From positions 95,170,001 through 95,234,000 of the forward strand of contig OZ024741.1 in NCBI GenBank assembly GCA_964016885.1: a DNA stretch of 64,000 bases, given 5' to 3'. Under the pieces are notes generated by a model. The model saw only the letters and a list, made by a program, of their open reading frames with translations. It was not told where the DNA came from and did not search any database. Each line of letters starts with the position of its first letter. Positions within the stretch are counted from its first letter, which is position 1. This DNA is from Eledone cirrhosa (lineage: Eukaryota). A program made the position numbers and the translations under genes. Shown here piece by piece: positions 1 to 13,965 of this stretch.

Positions 1-3000
1 TCAGACATTATCAAGGCTGGAATATTAGGATGGTAGGATATAGTCAGATATTATCAAGGCTGGAATACTGGGATGGTATGATATAGTCAGACATTATCTA
101 GGCTGGAATACTGGGCTGGTATGATATAGTCAGACATTATCTAGGCTGGAATACTGGGCTGGTAGGATATAGTCAGACATTATCAAGACTGGAATATTAG
201 GATGGTAGGATATAGTCAGACATTATCAAGACTGGAATATTAGGATGGTAGGATATAGTCAGACATTATCTAGGCTGGAATACTGGGATGGTAGAATATA
301 GTCAGACATTATCAAGGACGGAATATTGGGATGGTAGGATATAGTCAGATATTATCAAGACTGGAATACTGGGATGGTAGGATATAGTCAGACATTATCA
401 AGGCTGGAATACTGGGATGGTAGAATATAGTCAGACATTATCAAGGACGGAATATTGGGATGGTAGGATATAGTCAGATATTATCAAGACTGGAATATTG
501 GGCTGGTAGGATATAGTCAGACATTATCAAGGCTGGAATACAGGGATGGTAGGATATAGTCAGATATTTTCAAGACTGGAATATTAGGATGGTAGGATAT
601 AGTCAGATATTATCAAGGCTGGAATATTGGGATGGTAGCATATAGTCAGATATTATCAAGACTGAAATACTGGGCTGGTAGGATATAGTCAGATATTATC
701 AAGGCTGGAATATTGGGCTGGTATGATATAGTCAGACATTATCAAGACTGAAATACTGGGCTGGTATGATATAGTCAGATATTATCAAGACTGAAATACT
801 GGGATGGTAGGATATAGTCAGATATTATCAAGGTTGGAATACTGGGATGGTAGGATATAGTCAGATATTATCGAGGCTGGAATATTGGGATGGTAGGATA
901 TAGTCAGATATTATCAAGGCTGGAATACTGGGATGGTAGGATATAGTCAGATATTTTCAAGGCTGGAATACTGAGATGGTAGGATATAGTCAGATATTAT
1001 CAAGGCTGGAACACTGGGATGGTAGGATATAGTCAGATATTATCAAGGCTGGAATATTGGGATGGTAGGATATAGTCAGATATTATCAAGGCTGGAATAC
1101 TGGGATGGTAGGGTATAGTCAGACATTATCAAGGCTGGAATACTAGGATGGTAGGATATAGTCAGACATTATCAAGGCTGGAATACTGGGATGGTAGGAT
1201 ATAGTCAGACATTATCAAGGCTGGAATATTGGGCTGGTAGAATATATTCAGACATTATCAAGGCTGGAATATTGGGATGGTAGGATATAGTCAGACATTA
1301 TCAAGGCTGGAATACTGGGATGGTAGGATATAGTCAGATATTATCAAGGCTGGAATACTGGGATGGTATGATATAGTCAGACATTATCAAGGCTGGAATA
1401 TTGGGATTGTAGGATATAGTCAGACATTATCAAGGCTGGAATACTGGGATGGTAGGATATAGTCAGATATTATCAAGGCGGGAATACTGGGGTGGTAGGA
1501 TATAGTCAGATATTATCAAGGCTGGAATACTGGGATGGTATGATATAGTCAGACATTATCTAGGCTGGAATACTGGGCTGGTATGATATAGTCAGACATT
1601 ATCTAGGCTGGAATACTGGGCTGGTAGGATATAGTCAGACATTATCAAGACTGGAATATTAGGATGGTAGGATATAGTCAGATATTATCAAGGCTGGAAT
1701 ATTAGGATGGTAGGATATAGTCAGATATTATCAAGACTGGAATACTGGGATGGTAGGATATAGTCAGACATTATCAAGGTGGAATACTGGGATGGTAGGA
1801 TATAGTCAGACATTATCAAGGCTGGAATATTGGGATGGTAGGATATAGTCAGATATTATCAAGACTGGAATATTGGGCTGGTAGGATATAGTCAGACATT
1901 ATCAAGGCTGGAATACAGGGATGGTAGGATATAGTCAGATATTATCAAGACTGGAATATTAGGATGGTAGGATATAGTCAGATATTATCAAGGCTGGAAT
2001 ATTGGGATGGTAGGATATAGTCAGATATTATCAAGACTGAAATACTGGGCTGGTATGATATAGTCACACATTATCAAGGCTGGAATATTGGGATGGTAGG
2101 ATATAGTCAGATATTATCAAGACTGGAATACTGGGCTGGTATGATATAGTCAGATATTATCAAGGCTGGAATACTGGGATGGTAGGATATAGTCAGATAT
2201 TATCAAGGCTGGAATACTGGGATGGTAGGATATAGTCAGATATTATCAAGGCTGGAATATTGGGATGGTAGGATATAGTCAGATATTATCAAGACTGAAA
2301 TACTGGGCTGGTATGATATAGTCAGATATTATCAAGGCTGGAATACTGGGATGGTAGGATATAGTCAGATATTATCAAGGCTGGAATATTGGGATGGTAG
2401 GATATAGTCAGACATTATCAAGGCTGGAATACTGGGATGGTAGGATATAGTCAGACATTATCAAGACTGGAATACTGGGATGGTAGGTTATAGTCAGACG
2501 TTATCAAGGCTGGAATACTGGGATGGTAGGATATAGTCAAACATTATCAAGGCTGGAATATTGGGCTGGTAGGATATAGTCAGACATTATCAAGACTGGA
2601 ATGTTGGGCTGGTAGGATATAGTCAGATATTATCAAGACTGGAATACTGGGATGGTATGATATAGTCAGACATTATCAAGGATGGAATATTAGGATGGTA
2701 GGATATAGTCAGACATTATCAAGGCTGGAATATTAGGATGGTAGGATATTGTCAGACATTATCAAGGCTGGAATATTGGGATGGTAGGATATAGTCAGAC
2801 ATTATCAAGACTGGAATATTGGGATGGTAGGATATAGTCAGACATTATCAAGGCTGGAATACTGGGATGGTAGGATATAGTCAGATATTATCAAGGCTGG
2901 AATACTGGGATGGTAGGATATAGTCAGACATTATCAAGGCTGGAATATTGGGATGGTAGGATATAGTCAGATATTATCAAGGCTGGAATACTGGGATGGT

Positions 3001-6000
3001 AGGATATAGTCAGACATTATCTAGGCTGGAATATTGGGCTGGTAGGATATAGTCAGACATTATCAAGTCTGGAATACTGGGATGGTATGATATAGTCAGA
3101 CATTATCAAGGCTGGAATACTGGGATGGTAGGATATAGTCAGATATTATCAAGACTGGAATACTGGGATGGTAGGATATAGTCAGACATTATCTAGGCTG
3201 GAATACTGGGCTGGTAGGATATAGTCAGACATTATCAAGACTGGAATATTGGGCTGGTAGGATATAGTCAGATATTATCAAGACTGGAATACTGGGATGG
3301 TATGATATAGTCAGACATTATCAAGGCTGGAATATTAGGATGGTAGGATATAGTCAGATATTATCAAGACTGGAATATTAGGATGGTAGGATATAGTCAG
3401 ATATTATCAAGGCTGGAATATTAGGATGGTAGGATATAGTCAGATATTATCAAGGCTGGAATACTGGGATGGTATGATATAGTCAGACATTATCTAGGCT
3501 GGAATACTGGGCTGGTATGATATAGTCAGACATTATCTAGGCTGGAATACTAGGCTGGTAGGATATAGTCCGACATTATCAAGACTGGAATATTAGGATG
3601 TTAGGATATAGTCAGACATTATCAAGACTGGAATATTAGGATGGTAGGATATAGTCAGATATTATCAAGGCTGGAATATTAGGATGGTAGGATATAGTCG
3701 GATATTATCAAGACTGGAATACTGGGATGGTATGATATAGTCAGACATTATCAAGGACGGAATATTGGGATGGTAGGATATAGTCAGACATTATCTAGGC
3801 TGGAATACTGGTATGGTAGGATATAGTCAGACATTATCAAGGCTGGAATACTGGGATGGTAGGATATAGTCAGACATTATCAAGACTGGAATATTGGGCT
3901 GGTAGGATATAGTCAGATATTATCAAGACTGGAATACTGGGATGGTAGGATATAGTCAGATATTATCAAGGCTGGAATACTGGGATGGGAGGATATAGTC
4001 AGACATTATCTAGGCTGGAATACTGGGCTGGTAGGATATAGTCAGACATTATCAAGACTGGAATACTGGGATGGTAGGTTATAGTCAGACGTTATCAAGG
4101 CTGGAATACTGGGATGGTAGGATATAGTCAAACATTATCAAGGCTGGAATATTGGGCTGTTAGGATATAGTCAGACATTATCAAGACTGGAATATTGGGC
4201 TGGTAGGATATAGTCAGATATTATCAAGACTGGAATACTGGGATGGTATGATATAGTCAGACATTATCAAGGATGGAATATTAGGATGGTAGGATATAGT
4301 CAGATATTATCAAGGCTGGAATATTAGGATGGTAGGATATAGTCAGATATTATCAAGGCTGGAATACTGGGATGGTATGATATAGTCAGACATTATCTAG
4401 GCTGGAATACTGGGCTGGTATGATATAGTCAGACATTATCTAGGCTGGAATACTTGGCTGGTAGGATATAGTCAGACATTATCAAGACTGGAATATTAGG
4501 ATGGTAGGATATAGTCAGACATTATCAAGACTGGAATATTAGGATGGTAGGATATAGTCAGACATTATCTAGGCTGGAATACTGGGATGGTAGAATATAG
4601 TCAGACATTATCAAGGACGGAATATTGGGATGGTAGGATATAGTCAGATATTATCAAGACTGGAATACTGGGATGGTAGGATATAGTCAGACATTATCAA
4701 GGCTGGAATACTGGGATGGTAGAATATAGTCAGACATTATCAAGGACGGAATATTGGGATGGTAGGATATAGTCAGATATTATCAAGACTGGAATATTGG
4801 GCTGGTAGGATATAGTCAGACATTATCAAGGCTGGAATACAGGGATGGTAGGATATAGTCAGATATTTTCAAGACTGGAATATTAGGATGGTAGGATATA
4901 GTCAGATATTATCAAGGCTGGAATATTGGGATGGTAGCATATAGTCAGATATTATCAAGACTGAAATACTGGGCTGGTAGGATATAGTCAGATATTATTA
5001 AGGCTGGAATATTGGGCTGGTATGATATAGTCAGACATTATCAAGACTGAAATACTGGGCTGGTATGATATAGTCAGATATTATCAAGACTGAAATACTG
5101 GGATGGTAGGATATAGTCAGATATTATCAAGGCTGGAATACTGGGATGGTAGGATATTGTCAGATATTATCAAGGCTGGAATATTGGGATGGTAGGATAT
5201 AGTCAGATATTATCAAGGCTTGAATACTGGGATGGTAGGATATAGTCAGATATTTTCAAGGCTGGAATACTGGGATGGTAGGATATAGTCAGACATTATC
5301 AAGGCTGGAATACTGGGCTGGTAGGATATAGTCAGACATTATCAAGACTTGAATATTGGGCTGGTAGGATATAGTCAGATATTATCAAGACTGGAATACT
5401 GGGATGGTAGGATATAGTCAGATATTATCAAGGCTGGAATACTGGGATGGGAGGATATAGTCAGACATTATATAGGCTGGAATACTGGGCTGGTAGGATA
5501 TAGTCAGACATTATCAAGACTGGAATATTAGGATGGTAGGATATAGTTAGATATTATCAAGGCTGGAATATTAGGATGGTAGGATATAGTCAGATATTAT
5601 CAAGGCTGGAATACTGGGATGGTATGATATAGTCAGACATTATCTAGGCTGGAATACTGGGCTGGTATGATATAGTTAGACATTATCTAGGCTGGAATAC
5701 TGGGCTGGTAGGATATAGTCAGACTGGAATATTAGGATGGTAGGATATAGTCAGACATTATCAAGACTGGAATATTAGGATGGTAGGATATAGTCAGACA
5801 TTATCAAGACTGGAATATTAGGATGGTAGGATATAGTCAGATATTATCAAGGCTGGAATATTAGGATGGTAGGATATAGTCAGATATTATCAAGACTGGA
5901 ATACTGGGATGGTAGGATATAGTCAGACATTATCAAGGCTGGAATACCGGGATGGTAGGATATAGTCAGACATTATCAAGGCTGGAATATTGGGATGGTA

Positions 6001-9000
6001 GGATATAGTCAGATATTATCAAGACTGGAATATTGGGCTGGTAGGATATAGTCAGACATTATCAAGGCTGGAATACAGGGATGGTAGGATATAGTCAGAT
6101 ATTATCAAGACGGGAATATTAGGATGGTAGGATATAGTCAGATATTATCAAGGCTGGAATATTGGGATGGTAGGATATAGTCAGATATTATCAAGACTGA
6201 AATACTGGGATGGTAGGATATAGTCAGATATTATCTAGGCTGGAATACTGGGATGGTAAGATATAGTCAGATATTATCAAGGCTGGAATATTGGGCTGGT
6301 AGGATATAGTCAGATATTATCAAGGCTGGAATACTAGGATATAGTCAGACATTATCAAGGCTGGAATACTGGGATGGTAGGATATAGTCAGACATTATCA
6401 AGACTGGAATACTGGGATGGTAGGATATAGTCAGACATTATCAAGGCTGGAATACTGGGATGGTAGGATATAGTCAGACATTATCAAGGCTGGAATATTG
6501 GGCTGGTATGATATAGTCAGACATTATCAAGGCTGGAATACTGGGCTGGTAGGATATAGTCAGACATTATCAAGGCTGGAATACTGGGATGGTAGGATAT
6601 AGTCAGACATTATCAAGACTGGAATATTGGGATGGTAGGATATAGTCAGACATTATCAAGACTGGAATACTGGGCTGGTAGGATATAGTCAGATATTATC
6701 AAGGCTGGAATACTGGGATGGTAGGATATAGTCAGATATTATCAAGACTGGAATTCTGGGATGGTAGGATATAGTCAGACATTATCAAGACTGGAATACT
6801 GGGATGGTAGGATATAGTCAGATATTATCAAGGCTGGAATACTGGGCTGGTATGATATAGTCAGACATTATCAAGACTGGAATACTGGGCTGGTAGGATA
6901 TAGTCAGACATTATCAAGGCTGGAATACTGGGATGGTAGGATATAGTCAGACATTATCAAGGCTGGAATACTGGGCTGGTAGGATATAGTCAGACATTAT
7001 CAAGACTGGAATATTGGGCTGGTAGGATATAGTCAGATATTATCAAGACTGGAATACTGGGCTGGTAGGATATAGTCAGATATTATCAAGGCTGGAATAC
7101 TGGGATGGTAGGATATAGTCAGACATTATCTAGGCTGGAATACTGGGATGGTAGGATATAGTCAGATATTATCAAGGCTGGAATACTGGGATGGTAGGAT
7201 ATAGTCAGACATTATCTAGGCTGGAATACTGGGCTGGTAGGATATAGTCAGACATTATCAAGACTGGAATATTAGGATGATAGGATATAGTCAGATATTA
7301 TCAAGGCTGGAATATTAGGATGGTAGGATATAGTCAGATATTATCAAGTCTGGAATACTGGGATGGTATGATATAGTCAGACATTATCAAGGCTGGAATA
7401 CTGGGATGGTAGGATATAGTCAGATATTATCAAGACTGGAATACTGGGATGGTAGGATATAGTCAGACATTATCTAGGCTGGAATACTGGGCTGGTAGGA
7501 TATAGTCAGACATTATCAAGACTGGAATATTGGGCTGGTAGGATATAGTCAGATATTATCAAGACTGGAATACTGGGATGGTATGATATAGTCAGAAATT
7601 ATCAAGGCTGGAATATTAGGATGGTATGATATAGTCAGACATTATCAAGGCTGGAATATTAGGATGGTAGGATATAGTCAGATATTATCAAGACTGGAAT
7701 ATTAGGATGGTAGGATATAGTCAGATATTATCAAGGCTGGAATATTAGGATGGTAGGATATAGTCAGATATTATCAAGGCTGGAATACTGGGATGGTATG
7801 ATATAGTCAGACATTATCTAGGCTGGAATACTGGGCTGGTATGATATAGTCAGACATTATCTAGGCTGGAATACTAGGCTGGTAGGATATAGTCAGACAT
7901 TATCAAGACTGGAATATTAGGATGGTAGGATATAGTCAGACATTATCAAGACTGGAATATTAGGATGGTAGGATATAGTCAGATATTATCAAGGCTGGAA
8001 TATTAGGATGGTAGGATATAGTCAGATATTATCAAGACTGGAATATTGGGCTGGTAGGATGTAGTCAGACATTATCAAGGCTGGAATACAGGGATGGTAG
8101 GATATAGTCAGATATTATCAAGACTGGAATATTAGGATGGTAGGATATAGTCAGACATTATCTAGGCTGGAATACTGGTATGGTAGGATATAGTCAGACA
8201 TTATCAAGGCTGGAATACTGGGATGGTAGGATATAGTCAGACATTATCAAGACTGGAATACTGGGATGGTAGGATATAGTCAGACATTATCAAGGCTGGA
8301 ATACTGGGATGGTAGGATATAGTCAGACATTATCAAGGCTGGAATATTGGGCTGGTATGATATAGTCAGACATTATCAAGGCTGGAATACTGGGCTGGTA
8401 GGATATAGTCAGACATTATCAAGGCTGGAATACTGGGCTGGTAGGATATAGTCAGACATTATCAAGACTGGAATATTGGGCTGGTAGGATATAGTCAGAT
8501 ATTATCAAGACTGGAATACTGGGATGGTAGGATATAGTCAGATATTATCAAGGCTGGAATACTGGGATGGGAGGATATAGTCAGACATTATCTAGGCTGG
8601 AATACTGGGCTGGTAGGATATAGTCAGACATTATCAAGACTGGAATATTAGGATGGTAGGATATAGTCAGATATTATCAAGGCTGGAATATTAGGATGGT
8701 AGGATATAGTCAGATATTATCAAGGCTGGAATACTGGGATGGTATGATATAGTCAGACATTATCTAGTCTGGAATACTGGGCTGGTATGATATAGTCAGA
8801 CATTATCTAGGCTGGAATACTGGGCTGGTAGGATATAGTCAGACATTATCAAGACTGGAATATTAGGATGGTAGGATATAGTCAGACATTATGAAGACAG
8901 GAATATTAGGATGGTAGGATATAGTCAGATATTATCAAGGCTGGAATATTAGGATGGTAGGATATAGTCAGATATTATCAAGACTGGAATACTGGGATGG

Positions 9001-11810
9001 TAGGATATAGTCAGACATTATCAAGGCTGGAATACCGGGATGGTAGGATATAGTCAGACATTATCAAGGCTGGAATATTGGGATGGTAGGATATAGTCAG
9101 ATATTATCAAGACTGGAATATTGGGCTGGTAGGATATAGTCAGACATTATCAAGGCTGCAATAGAGGGATGGTAGGATATAGTCAGATATTATCAAGACG
9201 GGAATATTAGGATGGTAGGATATAGTCAGATATTATCAAGGCTGGAATATTGGGATGGTAGGATATAGTCAGATATTATCAAGACTGAAATACTGGGATG
9301 GTAGGATATAGTCAGATATTATCTAGGCTGGAATACTGGGATGGTAAGATATAGTCAGATATTATCAAGGCTGGAATATTGGGCTGGTAGGATATAGTCA
9401 GATATTATCAAGGCTGGAATACTGGGATGGTAGGATATAGTCAGACATTATCAAGGCTGGAATACTGGGATGGTAGGATATAGTCAGACATTATCAAGAC
9501 TGGAATACTGGGATGGTAGGATATAGTCAGATATTATCAAGGCTGGAATACTGGGCTGGTATGATATAGTCAGACATTATCAAGACTGGAATACTGGGCT
9601 GGTAGGATATAGTCAGACATTATCAAGGCTGGAATACTGGGATGGTAGGATATAGTCAGACATTATCAAGGCTGGAATACTGGGATGGTAGGATATAGTC
9701 AGACATTATCAAGGCTGGAATATTGGGCTGGTAGGATATAGTCAGACATTATCAAGGCTGGAATATTGGGATGGTAGGATATAGTCAGACATTATCAAGG
9801 CTGGAATACTGGGATGGTAGGATATAGTCAGACATTATCAAGGCTGGAATATTGGGATGGTAGGATATAGTCAGACATTATCAAGGCTGGAATACTGGGA
9901 TGGTAGGATATAGTCAGATATTATCAAGGCAGGAATACTGGGATGGTAGGATATAGTCAGACATTATCAAGGCTGGAATATTGGGCTGGTAGGATATAGT
10001 CAGACATTATCAAGACTGGAATATTGGGATGGTAGGATATAGTCAGATATTATCAAGACTGAAATACTGGGCTGGTAGGATATAGTCAGACATTATCAAG
10101 ACTGGAATACTGGGATGGTAGGATATAGTCAGACATTATCTAGGCTGGAATATTGGGCTGGTAGGATATAGTCAGACATTATCAAGACTGGAATACTGGG
10201 ATGGTATGATATAGTCAGACATTATCAAGGCTGGAATACTGGGATGGTAGGATATAGTCAGATATTATCAAGACTGGAATACTGGGATGGTAGGATATAG
10301 TCAGACATTATCTAGGCTGGAATACTGGGCTGGTAGGATATAGTCAGACATTATCAAGTCTGGAATATTAGGATGGTAGGATATAGTGAGATATTATCAA
10401 GGCTGGAATACTGGGATGGTAGAATATAGTCAGACATTATCAAGGCTGGAATACTGGGATGGTAGGATATAGTCAGACATTATCAAGACTGGACTACTGG
10501 GATGGTAGGATATAGTCAGACATTATCAAGGCTGGAATATTAGGATGGTAGGATATAGTCAGACATTATCAAGGCTGGAATATTGGGCTGGTAGGATATA
10601 GTCAGATATTATCAAGGCTGGAATACTGGGATGGTAGGATATAGTCAGATATTATCAAGACTGAAATACTGGGCTGGTAGGATATAGTCAGATATTATCA
10701 AGGCTGGAATATTAGGATGGTAGGATATAGTCAGATATTATCAAGACTGAAATACTGGGATGGTAGGATATAGTCAGATATTATCAAGACTGAAATACTG
10801 GGCTGGTATGATATAGTCAGACATTATCAAGGCTGGAATACTGGGATGGTAGGATATAGTCAGATATTATCAAGGTTGGAATACTGGGATGGTAGGATAT
10901 AGTCAGATATTATCAAGGCTGGAATACTGGGATGGTAGGATATAGTCAGACATTATCAAGGCTGGAATACTGGGATGGTAGGATATAGTCAGACATTATC
11001 AAGACTGGAATACTGGGATGGTAGGATATAGTCAGACATTATCAAGGCTGGAATACTGGGATGGTAGGATATAGTCAGATATTATCAAGGCTGTAATATT
11101 GGGATGGTAGGATATAGTCAGACATTATCAAGACTGGAATACTGGGATGGTAGGATATAGTCAGATATTATCAAGACTGGAATATTGGGATGGTAGGATA
11201 TAGTCAGACATTATCAAGGCTGGAATACTGGGATGGTAGGATATAGTCAGACATTATCAAAGCTGGAATACTGGGATGGTAGGATATAGTCAGACATTAT
11301 CAAGGCTGGAATATTGGGATGGTAGGATATAGTCAGACATTATCAAGGCTGGAATATTGGGCTGGTAGGATATAGTCAGACATTATCAAGACTGGAATAT
11401 TGGGATGGTAGGATATAGTCAGATATTATCAAGACTGGAATATTGGGATGGTAGGATATAGCCAGACATTATCAAGTCTGGAATATTGGGATGGTAGGAT
11501 ATAGTCAGATATTATCAAGACTGGAATATTGGGATGGTAGGATATAGTCAGATATTATCAAGACTGGAATATTGGGATGGTAGGATATAGTCAGATATTA
11601 TCAAGACTGGAATATTGGGCTGGTAGGATATAGTCAGATATTATCAAGGCTGGAATATTGGGATGGTAGGATATAGTTAGACATTGCCAGTACTGGAATA
11701 CTGGGAGGTAGGTTATAATCAGATATTTTCATCACATTATAGAGACTGGAATATTGGGATGGTAGTATATAATCAGATATTTTCATCACTGGAATACTCG
11801 GCTGGTAGGT
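1..11810. repeat. 43-bp tandem satellite array, ~270 monomers, consensus TCAGAYATTATCWAGRCTGGAATAYTRGGMTGGTAKGATATAG; runs off the 5' end of the window
   Basis: Monomer restarts at 1, 44, 87...; continuous to ~11680, then about three degenerate monomers to ~11810. No ORF of 60 aa or more in the track. Confidence 0.98.
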
Positions 11811-12156
11811 TTAAATTGTTAATGTTAAGGTGCTGTCAAAAATTAAAATAAAAGCAACCTTATAACCATTACACTGTAATTTTACTTCCTTCAGTTTGCA
11901 TAATTGATAAAAGCTGCTGCTATTTTTATTTCATGGTTGAATGATTAATCGTATGAAACACATCCTGTGGTAGAAATAATTGTTTCAGCGTAAACCATTC
12001 CACTTAGGTAAACCTAGATAAATATATGTAAACAATAAGGAATTCGAAGGGAACCAGGGATTTATGTATTGGCCAGTCAGTTTGGGGAAAAGGTAAAATG
12101 TCAGGTACATTGGCGAATTATATGGACAAGAATTGGATTTATTTCAATGATATATA

Positions 12157-12325
12157 CAGTATTTCCTGTCATCGAAGACGCTACTCTTTTCCTAAAATGA
12201 ATCTCAAAGATCTACCATGCATCCTGGAGGCCGAAGGTTGTTTATTATTTTTTTTTCAAATTTTTGGTTGTCAAAATTAGGGCGCGTCCTTGAGGATGAA
12301 GTGTCTTTGGCCCTGGGAAATACGG
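12157..12325. mobile_element. pogo/Tigger-type MITE
   Basis: TA|CAGTATTTCC...AAGACGC at the left end; the right end reverse-complements to CCGTATTTCC...AAGACAC; TA on both flanks. Confidence 0.65.
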
Positions 12326-12378
12326 TAATTCTTCTTATAACATACCACTTTATCTCATATTTTGCCTTTCTCTTTTAA

Positions 12379-12594
12379 CCCTTTTGATACGAAACTGCCT
12401 GAAATTACCCCTGCTTTTCTGAACTATTGTTTTCAAAGTGCTTTTATTTATCTAAAAACCCACCATAATTTATGTAAGCACTTTTGTTAAATTATGTTCG
12501 AAACACCAAGTTAGTTTTGGGACTTTCAAATTCTTGATTATTTTCAAAATGATTTGAAAATTCTAGACAGTGTTTTTCATTAGTAAAGGAAGGG
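12379..12594 (+). mobile_element. piggyBac-type MITE, family P1
   Basis: TTAA|CCCTTTTGATAC...AAGGG|TTAA; interior similar to copies at 22227, 30215, 43000, 43685, 57305 and 59509. Confidence 0.75.
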
Positions 12595-12629
12595 TTAAAA
12601 AAACGTTAAAAAACAATTCAGTTTAAATT

Positions 12630-12930
12630 ATGCTGTACTATATCATGTGGTATTAGACTACGGTTACAGAATGATACCATATTATACAATATTCTATGTT
12701 TACATTATATATACCACATTACATCACACTATCAATCATATACTGTACTGGAACATATATCATATACTGTATCATCATGTCATAATGTACTATATATTGT
12801 TTCATTCCATTTTATGTGACAGCTTACCATAATAATGTACATACCATACGATACTGTATTATATTGTACCGCATTGTACTATATATTAGGCCATACTCTG
12901 CTGTACTGTTGTCCAAACATATATACTGTT
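12630..12930. repeat. Degenerate pentamer low-complexity tract (CATAY/TATAC-like)
   Basis: Repeated catac/tatat/tgtac 5-mers; explains the Y/I/H-rich spurious ORFs here. Confidence 0.55.
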
Positions 12931-13631
12931 ATGTTAATGTGAGTGCACATGCATGCACTCACAAACACGCACGCACATTTTCTCCCTCTATATTGTCTCA
13001 AAATGTTCTAAAAAATTCGAATCAACTCCAACTATAGGAGTAATGTCCCTTGTTTCTCAGGATCTGACCCTTCTTCCTCCTCCCTCCTGGTGGGCATTTC
13101 AAACTTTAAATTGTAAGGATAGACTCAGTTGGCTGAAGTTACTTTTACTACAATACAATGCTGTGTGTCATCATCATTATCAACATCACTGTTTACAGTC
13201 TATTTTTTTTTTCAAGCTTGCATGGGTATATATGTGTGTGTGTGTATTGTTATTCATATATAAAGAATCTTTGCTGGTTGGTTAATTGCTCAGAGTTTCT
13301 ACTGTAAAGTTTTATATTTTAAATGCCTGCCATTTAATGTTCCAACAGGATGGTAGTCTCTGCTGAAGGCAGCAGCTGGACTAACCACTTAACTAACTTG
13401 GTTGAAGCATTCTATATAATAACAACAATAATAATATGACTTTCGTTTTTTTTTTCTCTCTTTGATTCATATTAGACAATTGATAGCAGTGTTACTTACT
13501 TCATTACCACTCAGTTTACTGGATCAGCCCACTTAAGCCTGTAAAATATGTTTTACATTCACTAATTTCACTTGTGTGTGTGTTTTCATGTTTTAATGTT
13601 TTATCTAAGTAATAGTTTACAACCCATCTTC

Positions 13632-13681
13632 AAACTACTAAATTAGTTAATAAAGATTACATTAGTATAACATTTGTCACC

Positions 13682-13742
<61 letters not shown>

Positions 13743-13876
13743 ACCTACTTACATATATGTATGTATATATATGTATGTATACATACATATACACATATAT
13801 ATACATACACGCAGACATATATGTAAGTAGGTACACACACACACACACACACAGACACACACACACACACACACAG

Positions 13877-13911
<35 letters not shown>

Positions 13912-13965
13912 CCAGGGTGACAAATTTTATGCTAATGTAATCTTTATTAACTAATTTAGTAGTTT
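13632..13965. repeat. ~334-bp fold-back palindrome containing (TA)n, (TG)n and (CA)n
   Basis: 53-bp outer arms match with 2 mismatches; inner GTACCTACTTACATATATGT pairs with ACATATATGTAAGTAGGTAC. Confidence 0.92.

Noticed and set aside
1-11810. CRISPR array or coding repeat interpretation of the 43-bp array
   Set aside because: There are no unique spacers and no cas genes, the context is eukaryotic, 43 is not a multiple of 3, and no ORF is present.
1-11810. Telomeric repeat or strong G-quadruplex array
   Set aside because: TTAGG appears only in one variant and TTAGGG is not repeated; the G-tracts are mostly GG, so any quadruplex would be weak.
13657-13954. ORFs rich in CV/HT/YI (also 18676-19159, 20638-20942, 31161-31492, 34990-35247, 42246-42497)
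   Set aside because: They are translations of dinucleotide microsatellites.
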